Shown piece after piece: positions 19,925-28,310 of a DNA stretch of 64,000 nt (position 1 is its first letter; every line of letters begins with the position of its first letter). This DNA is from Gemmatimonadota bacterium (GTDB taxonomy: Bacteria; Gemmatimonadota; Gemmatimonadetes; Palauibacterales; Palauibacteraceae). Location of the stretch: the NCBI GenBank assembly GCA_046758745.1, contig JBHIAV010000008.1, forward strand, positions 1 to 64,000, written 5' to 3'. A model generated the notes under the pieces. The model had not been told where the DNA came from, searched no databases, and was given only the letters and a program-made list of their open reading frames with translations. A program made the position numbers and the translations under genes.

Positions 19925-20710
19925 ATGTGGCTCGCCGTCGGAGCCCCGCTCCTGGCCGTGGCGAGCCTCCTCGCTGCGCGAACCTACCGGTGGCTGACCC
20001 CGGCGGGAATGCTCGCGGGCACCATCGTGGGCGGCGCGGTTTTTCTCGGGACCGGACCGGCGGGTCTCCTGCTCGTGCTCCTCTTCTTCGGCACCACCTC
20101 GGCACTCACCACGGCAGTGGCTCCGCGGGAGGGCAGGACGGCCATCGGCGGGCGCGGAGGAGTGCGAGGGGAATCGCACGCGTCCGAAGCGGGGTGGAGG
20201 AAGGGCCGGCAGGCTGCCGAGGGCCGCTCCGCCGCTCAGGTGATCGCGAACGGAGGGGTCGCGGCTGCCTGCGCGGCGCTCGCCATGGCGGGTGCGGGCG
20301 CTCCGGGGCCGGCGTACGGTGTGGCAGGGTCGCTCGCCGCCGCGATGGCGGACAGCTGGGCCACCGAGGTGGGTACGGCCGTTGGGGCGCCGACGTGGCT
20401 CATCAACACGGGACGACGTGTGGCCCCCGGGCGCTCGGGCGGGGTTTCGATCCCGGGCACTGCCGCGGGGCTGCTCGGAGCGGCGATCCTGGCAGCGACC
20501 GCCGCCGCGCTCTCCCGGTTCGGCCTTTTCTCGGCGCCCGAGTTCATGCCCACCGTCCTCGCCGGGGTCGGAGGCATGACGATTGACTCTGCCCTCGGTG
20601 CCTCGCTGGAGGGAAGGATCCGGGGAGCGACGAACGAGTTCATCAACCTGGCGGCGACGGCGGCCGGGGCGGCGATCGCCTGGGTGGTGGCGGCGGCGTG
20701 GGGGGCGTGA
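19925..20710 (+). CDS. DUF92/TMEM19 family membrane protein
   Basis: Motifs RSAAQVIANG, ADSWATEVG, SGGVSIPGT, DSALGA and NEFIN. Confidence 0.8.
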   Translation: MWLAVGAPLLAVASLLAARTYRWLTPAGMLAGTIVGGAVFLGTGPAGLLLVLLFFGTTSALTTAVAPREGRTAIGGRGGVRGESHASEAGWRKGRQAAEGRSAAQVIANGGVAAACAALAMAGAGAPGPAYGVAGSLAAAMADSWATEVGTAVGAPTWLINTGRRVAPGRSGGVSIPGTAAGLLGAAILAATAAALSRFGLFSAPEFMPTVLAGVGGMTIDSALGASLEGRIRGATNEFINLAATAAGAAIAWVVAAAWGA

Positions 20711-20807
20711 GGTCGGTGGCTCAAGACCAGCCCGAGGCTGTCCCTCTCTCTAGGACGACGCTCGCCCGAAGGGGTATATTGACGTTCGTTTTCAGCGGGG
20801 CCGGCCT

Positions 20808-20952
20808 ATGGCCGACCTCCTTGCACGCCTGAAATCTACCCTTTCGGGCAGCCATGGCGGCGAGCCTTGGGAGCGAGCGCTTCCTCCGCGTGATCGACAT
20901 CGCGGCGAAGTGTACGCAGCTGTCCAGATTCGGATTCCCTGAGTTTGCCTGA
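20808..20952 (+). pseudogene. Collapsed relic of a Ser/Thr protein kinase gene
   Basis: One frame gives MADLLARLKSTLSG and a second gives AASLGSERFLRVIDIAAK...SRFGFPEFA*. These resemble the N-terminus and the alphaC segment (LAAALG.ERFLREI.IAA.L) of Hanks kinases. A TATATT -10 lies at 20775-20780. Confidence 0.55.
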
Positions 20953-21064
20953 AGGGTGCGAGGCGACCGGAGACGGCGCCGCGCGGGGAGCCGAGCCGGA
21001 GCGCGAGCTTCCGGCTCGATCGCCTCGATCCTTCGCACAGCACCACTCTTCGCAGGGAGGGAAG

Positions 21065-22270
21065 GTGGCCGAGGAAGGTTACGGGCTCGGGACGACGGCG
21101 CTCCACGGCGCGCGGCGCCGGACCGAAGAGAAGCCACGCCCGCACGCCGTCCCCATCTACCAGTCGTCGGCCTTCACCTTCCCGGACACGCGGACCGGGC
21201 AGGCGGCGTTCCTCGGGAGCGGCGACTACATCTACACCCGTCAGGGCAACCCGACGATCAGGGCGCTGGAGGAGCGCATCGCCGCGCTCGAGAGTCTCCC
21301 CGTGCCGGGGCGAGAAACCCCGGATCCCCAGTGCATCGACTGCTGCTTCTTCGCGTCCGGGATGGCGGCGATCGGGGCCGTGGCCCTCGGGGTCGCCGGA
21401 GGCGGCGGGCGGATCGTGGCGCAGGAGGGGATCTACGGAACGGCCGAACGCATGCTCCGGGACCTCCCGCGCTACGGGATGGAGGCGGACTTCGCGCCCG
21501 CCGGAGATCTGGATGCCCTGCGCGACGCCGTCGGACGGGGTCGCCCCCCGGCGCTCGTGCACATCGAGACACCGGCGAACCCGCTGCTGCAGGTGACGGA
21601 GATCGGGGAGGCGGCGCGCATCGCGCACGAAGCCGGGGCGATGCTCGTGGTCGACGGGACGTTCTCCACGCCGGCGCTCCTCCGTCCCCTGGCCTGGGGC
21701 GCGGACCTCGTCGTGCACAGCACCACGAAGTTCATCTCGGGCCACGGCGTGGCTCTCGGCGGGGCCGTGTCGGGGACGGACGACGTGATCCGGAGGCTCG
21801 TGCGTCCGGTGCGGAAGGACCTGGGCGGTGCGGCGGATCCCTTCGCCGCCTGGCTGACCCTGCTGGGCCTGCTCACGTTGCCCCTCCGCATGGCCCGATA
21901 CTCGGCGAACGCCGCCGCGCTGGCAGAGTTCCTTCGAGGGCACGAGACGGTGGTGGCGGTGCACCATCCCGATCCCTCCTCCCTGCCGCCGGGCCAGCTC
22001 GAGGCCGGAGGGCCGATGCTCTCCTTCCAGTTGGCGGGTGGGGCGGAGGGGGCTGCCCGGGTGATGGATCGGTTGCGACTCGCCACCCTGGCGGCCACGC
22101 TGGGCACTCTCGACACACTCGTCCAGCACCCATACTCGATGAGCCACGTGGTCCTACCCGAAGAGCGGCGGCGGGCCATGGGGATCGGCCCCGGGCTCCT
22201 GCGCGTGTCCGTCGGTCTGGAGGACGAGGCAGACATCATCGGGGACTTCCGTCAGGCGCTGGAAGAATAG
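21065..22270 (+). CDS. PLP-dependent trans-sulfuration enzyme (methionine gamma-lyase/cystathionine gamma-synthase family)
   Basis: Motifs PIYQSS, YTRQGNPT, ASGMAAI, ETPANP, HSTTKFISGHG (PLP Lys) and LLRVSVGLED. GGAGG SD. Confidence 0.9.
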   Translation: MAEEGYGLGTTALHGARRRTEEKPRPHAVPIYQSSAFTFPDTRTGQAAFLGSGDYIYTRQGNPTIRALEERIAALESLPVPGRETPDPQCIDCCFFASGMAAIGAVALGVAGGGGRIVAQEGIYGTAERMLRDLPRYGMEADFAPAGDLDALRDAVGRGRPPALVHIETPANPLLQVTEIGEAARIAHEAGAMLVVDGTFSTPALLRPLAWGADLVVHSTTKFISGHGVALGGAVSGTDDVIRRLVRPVRKDLGGAADPFAAWLTLLGLLTLPLRMARYSANAAALAEFLRGHETVVAVHHPDPSSLPPGQLEAGGPMLSFQLAGGAEGAARVMDRLRLATLAATLGTLDTLVQHPYSMSHVVLPEERRRAMGIGPGLLRVSVGLEDEADIIGDFRQALEE

Positions 22271-22506
22271 AGGCCAGGCCGGCGGCGTCGGGGCGGCACC
22301 GGCGGGCGGGCGGGGGCGTGCACCCCCGCGTGCCCGGCCGGTTGTCACCCCCGGGGTCCGGGCGCATTATGGCCGAGGTCGCGGCGGACGGTCCCGTTGA
22401 CGCCCGCCGCGCGTTCTATTTGCGGCCCGCTGGACTTGCGGCCCGCTGGACCGGCAGCGGCGGGACGCCGCGCGCCCGGGGCCGGCGGGCTCCGACGCGC
22501 GAGAGC

Positions 22507-25023
22507 ATGTACGACCCGGGCAAGATCGAGGCGAAGTGGCAGGAGTATTGGGCGGAGAACCGGACGAACGAGCCGGATCTCGATAGCCCCGAGCGTCCCT
22601 TCTTCAACCTCATGATGTTTCCCTATCCGTCGGCGGAAGGGCTTCACGTCGGCAACCTGTACGCCTTCACCGGGGCGGACTGCTACGGGCGTTTCCGACG
22701 CTTGCTCGGCGATGATGTCTTCCAACCGATCGGGTTCGACGCTTTCGGGATCCACTCGGAGAACTACGCTCTCAAGCTCGACGTCCACCCGATGGAGCTG
22801 ATCCCGCGGAACATCGCGAACTTCACTCGCCAGCTTCGTAGGGCCGGGATCATGTACGACTGGACGCACACGGTCGAGACGACGGACCCGGCGTATTACC
22901 GGTGGACGCAGTGGATCTTCCTCCAGCTCTTCGCGGCCGGGCTCGCCGAGAAGAAGGAAGCGCCGGTGAACTGGTGCCCGTCGTGCAAGACCGTGCTCGC
23001 CAACGAGCAGGTGATCAGTGGCCGGTGCGAGCGGTGCGACTCGGTGGTCGGGACGAAGCTCCTCAGCCAGTGGTTCTTCCGGACCACCGATTACGCCGAG
23101 CGCCTGCTGCGCAACCTGGAGTGGATCGACTGGTCGGAGACCACGAAGACGGCCCAGCGGAACTGGATCGGCCGCTCGGAGGGCGCCACGCTGCACTTTC
23201 CGCTCGCTCCTCCGGCGGAAGCGGATCCGGCGGCGGGCGACGCGGAGGAGGTGCGGGTGGCGACCGGCGACCGCGAGCCCCTCATCTCGGTCTTCACGAC
23301 CCGCCCCGACACGGTGTTCGGCGCCACCTTCATGGTCCTGGCGCCGGAGCACCCGCTCGTGGATGAGTTGACGAGCGACGAGCGGCGCCCGGAGATGGAG
23401 GCGTATCGGGCGGCGGCGGCTGCCGTCGACCTGGTGGAACGCAGGAAGGCGGAAGCGGGCAAGACCGGCGTGTTCACGGGCGGGCACGCCGTGAATCCGG
23501 CGACCGGCGAGCGGATCCCCGTGTGGATCGCCGATTACGTCCTGATGGAGTACGGGACGGGGGCGATCATGGCCGTTCCCGCCCACGATCAGCGCGACTT
23601 CGAGTTCGCAACCGCGTTCGATCTCCCGATTCGCCCGGTGGTGGTTCCGCGCGGAATGGTCGGGGAAGAGTGGGACCTGTCGGCGGTGGGGCTTGCGGTC
23701 GGCGTGGAGGCGTACGTCGCGCACACCCCGGACGAGATCCTGATCAACTCGGACCGCTTCAGCGGCATGCAGGCGGACGAGGGTGGCCGCGCGATTGTGG
23801 AGTGGCTCGCGGAGCGGGGGCTGGCCGAGCCCACGGTGAGCTACCGTCTGCACGACTGGTGCATCTCGCGCCAGCGCTACTGGGGTCCCCCGATCCCGAT
23901 CATCTACTGTCCGACGTGCGGCACGGTGCCGGTGCCCGAGGAGGATCTACCCGTCGTCCTCCCTTACGTGAAGAGCTTCAAGCCGGGTGAGGACGGAATC
24001 GCGCCGCTCGCGCGGGCGGAGGAGTTCTACCGCACGAGCTGCCCGCAGTGCGGAGGTGAGGCACGTCGGGAGACGGATGTGTCGGACACGTTTCTGGACA
24101 GCGCGTGGTACTTCCTGCGCTATCCGAGCACGGACTTCGACGACGTCCCATTCGACGCGGGGCGGACGCGCAAGTGGCTCCCGGTGGATTCGTATATCGG
24201 CGGCGAGGAGCACGCCGTCCTCCACCTCCTGTATTCCCGATTCATCACCATGGCGTTGAAAGACCTCGGGAGACTGGAGTTCGAAGAGCCCTATCGGCGG
24301 TTCCGCAAGCACGGCCTCCTCATCAGCGAGGGCGCCAAGATGTCGAAGTCCCGCGGCAACGTGATCGTGCCGGACGAATACATCGACCGGTTCGGCGCGG
24401 ACACCTTCCGCTGCTACCTCATGTTCCTCGGTCCCTATGAGGACGGCGGCGACTTCCGCGACGAGGGCATCATGGGCCCGCAGCGTTTCCTGTCGCGCGT
24501 GTGGGAGGCGGTCGAGTCCGCGGCGCAGAGGGGCGAGTCGGGGTTCGGCACCCCCGAGATCGAGCGAAAGCTCCACCGGACGATCCGACGCGTCACCGAG
24601 GACTTCGAGGCCCTCTCCTTCAACACGGCGATCGCCGCGCTGATGGAGTACCTCAATGTGGTGCGGGCGCAAGGGCGCACGCCGACGATCGACGAGATTC
24701 GACCGCTCGTCGTGATGCTGGCACCCACGGCGCCTCACCTCGCCGAGGAGCTGTGGGAGCGTCTGGGCGGCGAGCCGAGCCTGTTCGACGAGGCGACGTG
24801 GCCCGCGTACGACGAGAGGAAGCTGCTCGCGGACACGGTGGAGATTCCCGTTCAGGTGAACGGCAAGTTCCGGGCGACGATCACCGTCGTGCGAGGAGCC
24901 CCGAAGAGCGTCGTGCAGGAGTGCGCTCTCGAGGACGAGAACGTCCGTCGCCACCTGGGAGGCGAGGAGATCCGCAAGGTCGTCCACGTTCCGGACAGGC
25001 TTCTCAACCTGGTCACCCGCTGA
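22507..25023 (+). CDS. leuS: Leucine--tRNA ligase
   Basis: Motifs MFPYPS..GLHVGN (HIGH), FTTRPDT, GTGAIMAVPAHDQRD (editing domain), DWCISRQRYWG and KMSKS. Confidence 0.97.
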   Translation: MYDPGKIEAKWQEYWAENRTNEPDLDSPERPFFNLMMFPYPSAEGLHVGNLYAFTGADCYGRFRRLLGDDVFQPIGFDAFGIHSENYALKLDVHPMELIPRNIANFTRQLRRAGIMYDWTHTVETTDPAYYRWTQWIFLQLFAAGLAEKKEAPVNWCPSCKTVLANEQVISGRCERCDSVVGTKLLSQWFFRTTDYAERLLRNLEWIDWSETTKTAQRNWIGRSEGATLHFPLAPPAEADPAAGDAEEVRVATGDREPLISVFTTRPDTVFGATFMVLAPEHPLVDELTSDERRPEMEAYRAAAAAVDLVERRKAEAGKTGVFTGGHAVNPATGERIPVWIADYVLMEYGTGAIMAVPAHDQRDFEFATAFDLPIRPVVVPRGMVGEEWDLSAVGLAVGVEAYVAHTPDEILINSDRFSGMQADEGGRAIVEWLAERGLAEPTVSYRLHDWCISRQRYWGPPIPIIYCPTCGTVPVPEEDLPVVLPYVKSFKPGEDGIAPLARAEEFYRTSCPQCGGEARRETDVSDTFLDSAWYFLRYPSTDFDDVPFDAGRTRKWLPVDSYIGGEEHAVLHLLYSRFITMALKDLGRLEFEEPYRRFRKHGLLISEGAKMSKSRGNVIVPDEYIDRFGADTFRCYLMFLGPYEDGGDFRDEGIMGPQRFLSRVWEAVESAAQRGESGFGTPEIERKLHRTIRRVTEDFEALSFNTAIAALMEYLNVVRAQGRTPTIDEIRPLVVMLAPTAPHLAEELWERLGGEPSLFDEATWPAYDERKLLADTVEIPVQVNGKFRATITVVRGAPKSVVQECALEDENVRRHLGGEEIRKVVHVPDRLLNLVTR

Positions 25024-25068
25024 CCCCGGCGCTCGCCTCGGGGCCGTCCGACGCTTCGGCCGCCGAAC

Positions 25069-25368
25069 CTACGAGCTGATCTTGCCCTGCTGCGACGTGT
25101 CGATGGAGGCTCCGCTCGGTCCCTCCGAGAAGAGGAAGGACTTGAGGTTTGTGATGAGGAACTTCCGGGCGTTCGCGTCCTGCACGTTCAGCCCGTAGTG
25201 GTTGATGAGCAGCATCTGGTGCTTCTTCCACGCCTCCCAGCATTCCCCACAAACCGCGGTCGCCAGACGCTCGCCGAGCTCGTTCGGGAAGGGCTTCATC
25301 CCGAGGGGCTCGACGTCGCTGCGGCCGCAGCGCGCGCAGGCGAAGGTCGCGCTCTCGCTCTCGCTCAT
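25069..25368 (-). CDS. Fe(II)-trafficking / oxidative damage protection protein (YggX family)
   Basis: PFPNELGER...CGECWEAWKKHQMLLINHYGLN...ARKFL matches the YggX pattern. Confidence 0.8.
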   Translation of the reverse strand: MSESESATFACARCGRSDVEPLGMKPFPNELGERLATAVCGECWEAWKKHQMLLINHYGLNVQDANARKFLITNLKSFLFSEGPSGASIDTSQQGKISS

Positions 25369-25562
25369 CTATTCACCGTCCCATGCTGAGGGAGATGGCT
25401 CTTCCGTCTCCCCGTGAGATGCGTTTCGAGTCCGACCGGGCAAGGTGTGCGGGGCCGCCGGCCGCGGCAACTCGGGTCACCCGGCGACCGACGTGTCCGG
25501 CCGTGCGGTCCAATCCTCCGCGCGGCAGCTCCGAGTAGAGCCCGCCGCGGGGCCGGTCGCGC

Positions 25563-26456
25563 TCAGGCCGCTTCCGCTTCCGCCGGCACGCAGAGCACCG
25601 AGCAGTTCGCACCGCGTATGAGGCGGCCCGTCACGCCGCCCAGGAGCGGAGGTCCGGGGAAGTCCGGAGCGTGGCTCTGCCCCGCCACGATGAGGTCGGC
25701 TGCCTCCGCCTCGGCGGCGGCGAGGATCTGGGTGATCGGTCGACCCCGCGTCACCCTGGCCCGGAGATCGAGCCCGGCCCGAAGCTCTTCCGGAACCCTT
25801 CCGAGAGCCGCGACGCGGGCGGCCTCCTCGATGGCGCGCAGCGACTCCGCCGCCTTGGCCGGGGTGCTCACGGCCCGCAGGTAGGCCTGATAGGTGCGCG
25901 GCAGGACGTGCAGGAGGAGGAGACGGGTCTTGAAGTACATGGCGTAGCGAGCGGCAGTGGGCGCCACGGGCGCGCTGCCTTCCCGGAGGTCGAGCGCCGC
26001 GAGCACCGTCTTGTCCCGGTGGTGCTGGACGGGACGCCACACCATGGCCGGGACTTCGGACGCCTTGACGATGCCCTCCGCCGTGGCTCCAGGCTCGTCC
26101 CACGGTGACACCCGCTTCCGGTGCGCCCCCACCACGATCAGCTCTGCCTCCGCCTCGGTCGCGGCAGCCCGGGCCTCGGCGGGCGGCCACCCTTCCCGGA
26201 TCACCAGGCTCGCGGTGACCCCGAGGTTCTCGGCCACCTGCTCGAGGTTGGAGCGCGCGTCGAGCTCCCTCTCCGGAGCGAGGTCCAGCCGCTCGCCGAA
26301 GGCCCTCAGGAGATACTTGGGGGGCGGCCCCGGGTCGAGCGCATGGAAGAGGGTGATCTCGGCCGAAGGGAAGCGGGACACGGCCCACCGCGCGGCCTCG
26401 ATCGACGGCTCCGAGAAGTCGATCGCTACGAGGATTCGCTGATACATGTGCGGCAT
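25563..26456 (-). CDS. Tandem-domain universal stress protein
   Basis: RILVAIDFSEPS...ELIVVGAH, then a second Usp domain ending DLIVAG...LLGGVTGRLIRGANCSVLCV. Confidence 0.85.
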   Translation of the reverse strand: MPHMYQRILVAIDFSEPSIEAARWAVSRFPSAEITLFHALDPGPPPKYLLRAFGERLDLAPERELDARSNLEQVAENLGVTASLVIREGWPPAEARAAATEAEAELIVVGAHRKRVSPWDEPGATAEGIVKASEVPAMVWRPVQHHRDKTVLAALDLREGSAPVAPTAARYAMYFKTRLLLLHVLPRTYQAYLRAVSTPAKAAESLRAIEEAARVAALGRVPEELRAGLDLRARVTRGRPITQILAAAEAEAADLIVAGQSHAPDFPGPPLLGGVTGRLIRGANCSVLCVPAEAEAA

Positions 26457-26542
26457 GGCTATGGGGAGCGCGGCGAGTCGGAGGGACCGGCCGCGATGAG
26501 GAAAGGCCCGGCGCGCCGGCGCGGGCCGCGGAGCGTCGAAAG

Positions 26543-27679
26543 CTAGCGCCCGCCGGCGCGATCCGCACGGACCGGATCGCCGTCGGACGCGGCCCGTGGA
26601 TGCGCGGGTCCGTCCGTCTCGGCGCGACCGGGCGCCGCGGAAGCGATCAGCGCGTCGAGCGTCTTCCACGGGTCGTCGTCGCCGGCCCGAACGACGGCCT
26701 GGACCGTCTCCTTCAGGTCGCCGAACCGCCGGTAGATGGTCTCGAAGTCCTCGAGGCGGGTGTAGTAGAGGATACGAGACAGCAGCCACGCGTTGTTGAG
26801 CCGGTTCGGATCCAGCGTCCCGTACACGTCGGACCGGAGCGCCGGACGGACCTCGTCATGGAAGCGCTGGCTGGCCTCACGGAGGATCGCGCGCTTTCCC
26901 CGCTCGAGCGAGTCCTCGGGCGCCGGCTCTGCATACAGCCCCTCGAGCGCCTCCACCATCGAGTTGAAGAACCGCCCGAAGGCTCGGGTATCCTCCCACC
27001 GATGCCGGGCCGCCACGCACAGAGCCTGGTCGCCGAGCGCCTTGCAGAAGAAGTCGATCGCCCCGCGATGACCGACGAAGTTGGCAAAGCTCTCGTTGAA
27101 GCGCGCCCGCCCGGGGGGAAAGAAGGCGGTGTGGGTGATCTCGTGGATCACCGTCTCCACCAGGACGACGCTGTCGGCTCTCAGCGTGGTCGACAGCAGG
27201 GGATCGGGGAGCCAGCCGAGGGTGCTGAATGCCGAGCTCGGCCGGACGTACGTGTCGAACCCCTCCTCGCTGAGCTCGGCCGCCTCGCGGAGAGCTGCCT
27301 CGAAGTCGAAGTAGCCCTTGTACGGCACGCGTCCCACGATCGGGAACCACCAGGTCTTCCACGAGAGGCGGTAGGCGGGCGCCGCCGACAGGACGAGGAT
27401 CAGCGTGTCCCGTTCGACGTCGGCGTAGCTGGTGAAGCTCTTTCCCGGGTCGAGGTTCAGCGCGAGCCGGGCGAAATCCCGCGCGTCCTGCACGAGCCGG
27501 AGCTTCGCCCGCACCTCGGGTGGAGTCGTGGTGTCGTGGACGACCTCGTGGATCGGCCGGCGAGTGCGCAGGATCTTCGCCTCCTCCCAGCCGGCGCGCA
27601 GCACGTAGGTCGGGGAGCACGCCGACAGGAACGCGGCGAGGAGCAGCGAGGAAGCGGGAGGGATGGCTGGTCGTGTCAT
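26543..27679 (-). CDS. Putative zinc aminopeptidase lipoprotein
   Basis: Lipobox LSAC, WWFPIVGRVPYKGYF, FSTLGW..DP and the gluzincin-like HEITH...NESFA. Confidence 0.8.
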   Translation of the reverse strand: MTRPAIPPASSLLLAAFLSACSPTYVLRAGWEEAKILRTRRPIHEVVHDTTTPPEVRAKLRLVQDARDFARLALNLDPGKSFTSYADVERDTLILVLSAAPAYRLSWKTWWFPIVGRVPYKGYFDFEAALREAAELSEEGFDTYVRPSSAFSTLGWLPDPLLSTTLRADSVVLVETVIHEITHTAFFPPGRARFNESFANFVGHRGAIDFFCKALGDQALCVAARHRWEDTRAFGRFFNSMVEALEGLYAEPAPEDSLERGKRAILREASQRFHDEVRPALRSDVYGTLDPNRLNNAWLLSRILYYTRLEDFETIYRRFGDLKETVQAVVRAGDDDPWKTLDALIASAAPGRAETDGPAHPRAASDGDPVRADRAGGR

Positions 27680-27871
27680 ACCGCTCTTCTAGTACCAGGA
27701 GAGCGGGGTGCCGGGTCCCTGTACCGAACGATGCCGGCCTGGCAGGGTATGGGTGGTTCCGCCCGCCCGCGGGAGCGCCGGGCCGCCGAACCGAGCAAAG
27801 CGCGGAACCGAGCGAGGTGCCGACCCGCGCCGCGGGCGTCCGGTCGGCCGATCCATACACCAGGAGGGTCG

Positions 27872-28195
27872 ATGGCGACGGAACCTGAGCGTGGCCCGGC
27901 CCCGAGCGGTGAGCAGGTGCGGGCCCAGCTCCTGCGCTTCGCCCAGCTGATCCAGCGGCTCGATCGCGACGGGCAGCTACTCAAGGGGACCCCTGTCATC
28001 CTCGGCCGGCTAGGCGACCTCCGCCAGATGCTGTTCGACTACGAGGTCCGGGTCACGGAGCGGCTCCTCCCGATCGAGGATCCGGCGGAGCGGCGGTCGC
28101 GGGACGTGGTCCGGCAGGCGCGGGAGGCGGAGGAGGATCTCCTCGAGGAGTGGAAGCGCGGCTGGCAGCCGGAGGAGCCCGGCGAGCCGGAGTGA
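27872..28195 (+). CDS. Hypothetical helical protein (107 aa)
   Basis: AGGAGG SD before ATG 27872, strong GC3 codon bias, no recognised family. Confidence 0.7.
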   Translation: MATEPERGPAPSGEQVRAQLLRFAQLIQRLDRDGQLLKGTPVILGRLGDLRQMLFDYEVRVTERLLPIEDPAERRSRDVVRQAREAEEDLLEEWKRGWQPEEPGEPE

Positions 28196-28310
28196 TCCTG
28201 GAGCCGGCGGTGGCGGAGGCGCGCCGCGTTCGTGAACCAGCTGTCCCGGGCGATCGACGCCTCCCGCCTGCCGGTTGCAGCCTCGACGGAGACGTCCCCA
28301 AGTATACGCG

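Noticed and set aside
20711-21064. Canonical SAM-I (S-box) riboswitch
   Set aside because: The AUC-AGAG / GCAACC / GUGC core could not be found. The region is reported instead as a kinase relic plus an unassigned structure.
20956-22506. 1355-aa ORF suggesting a long N-terminal extension or fusion on LeuS
   Set aside because: The extension is Arg/Gly/Pro-rich off-frame translation of the overlapping PLP-enzyme gene. LeuS similarity begins at ATG 22507.
22271-22506. T-box leader upstream of leuS
   Set aside because: No T-box consensus (GGTGG-ACC) or U-tailed terminator is visible.
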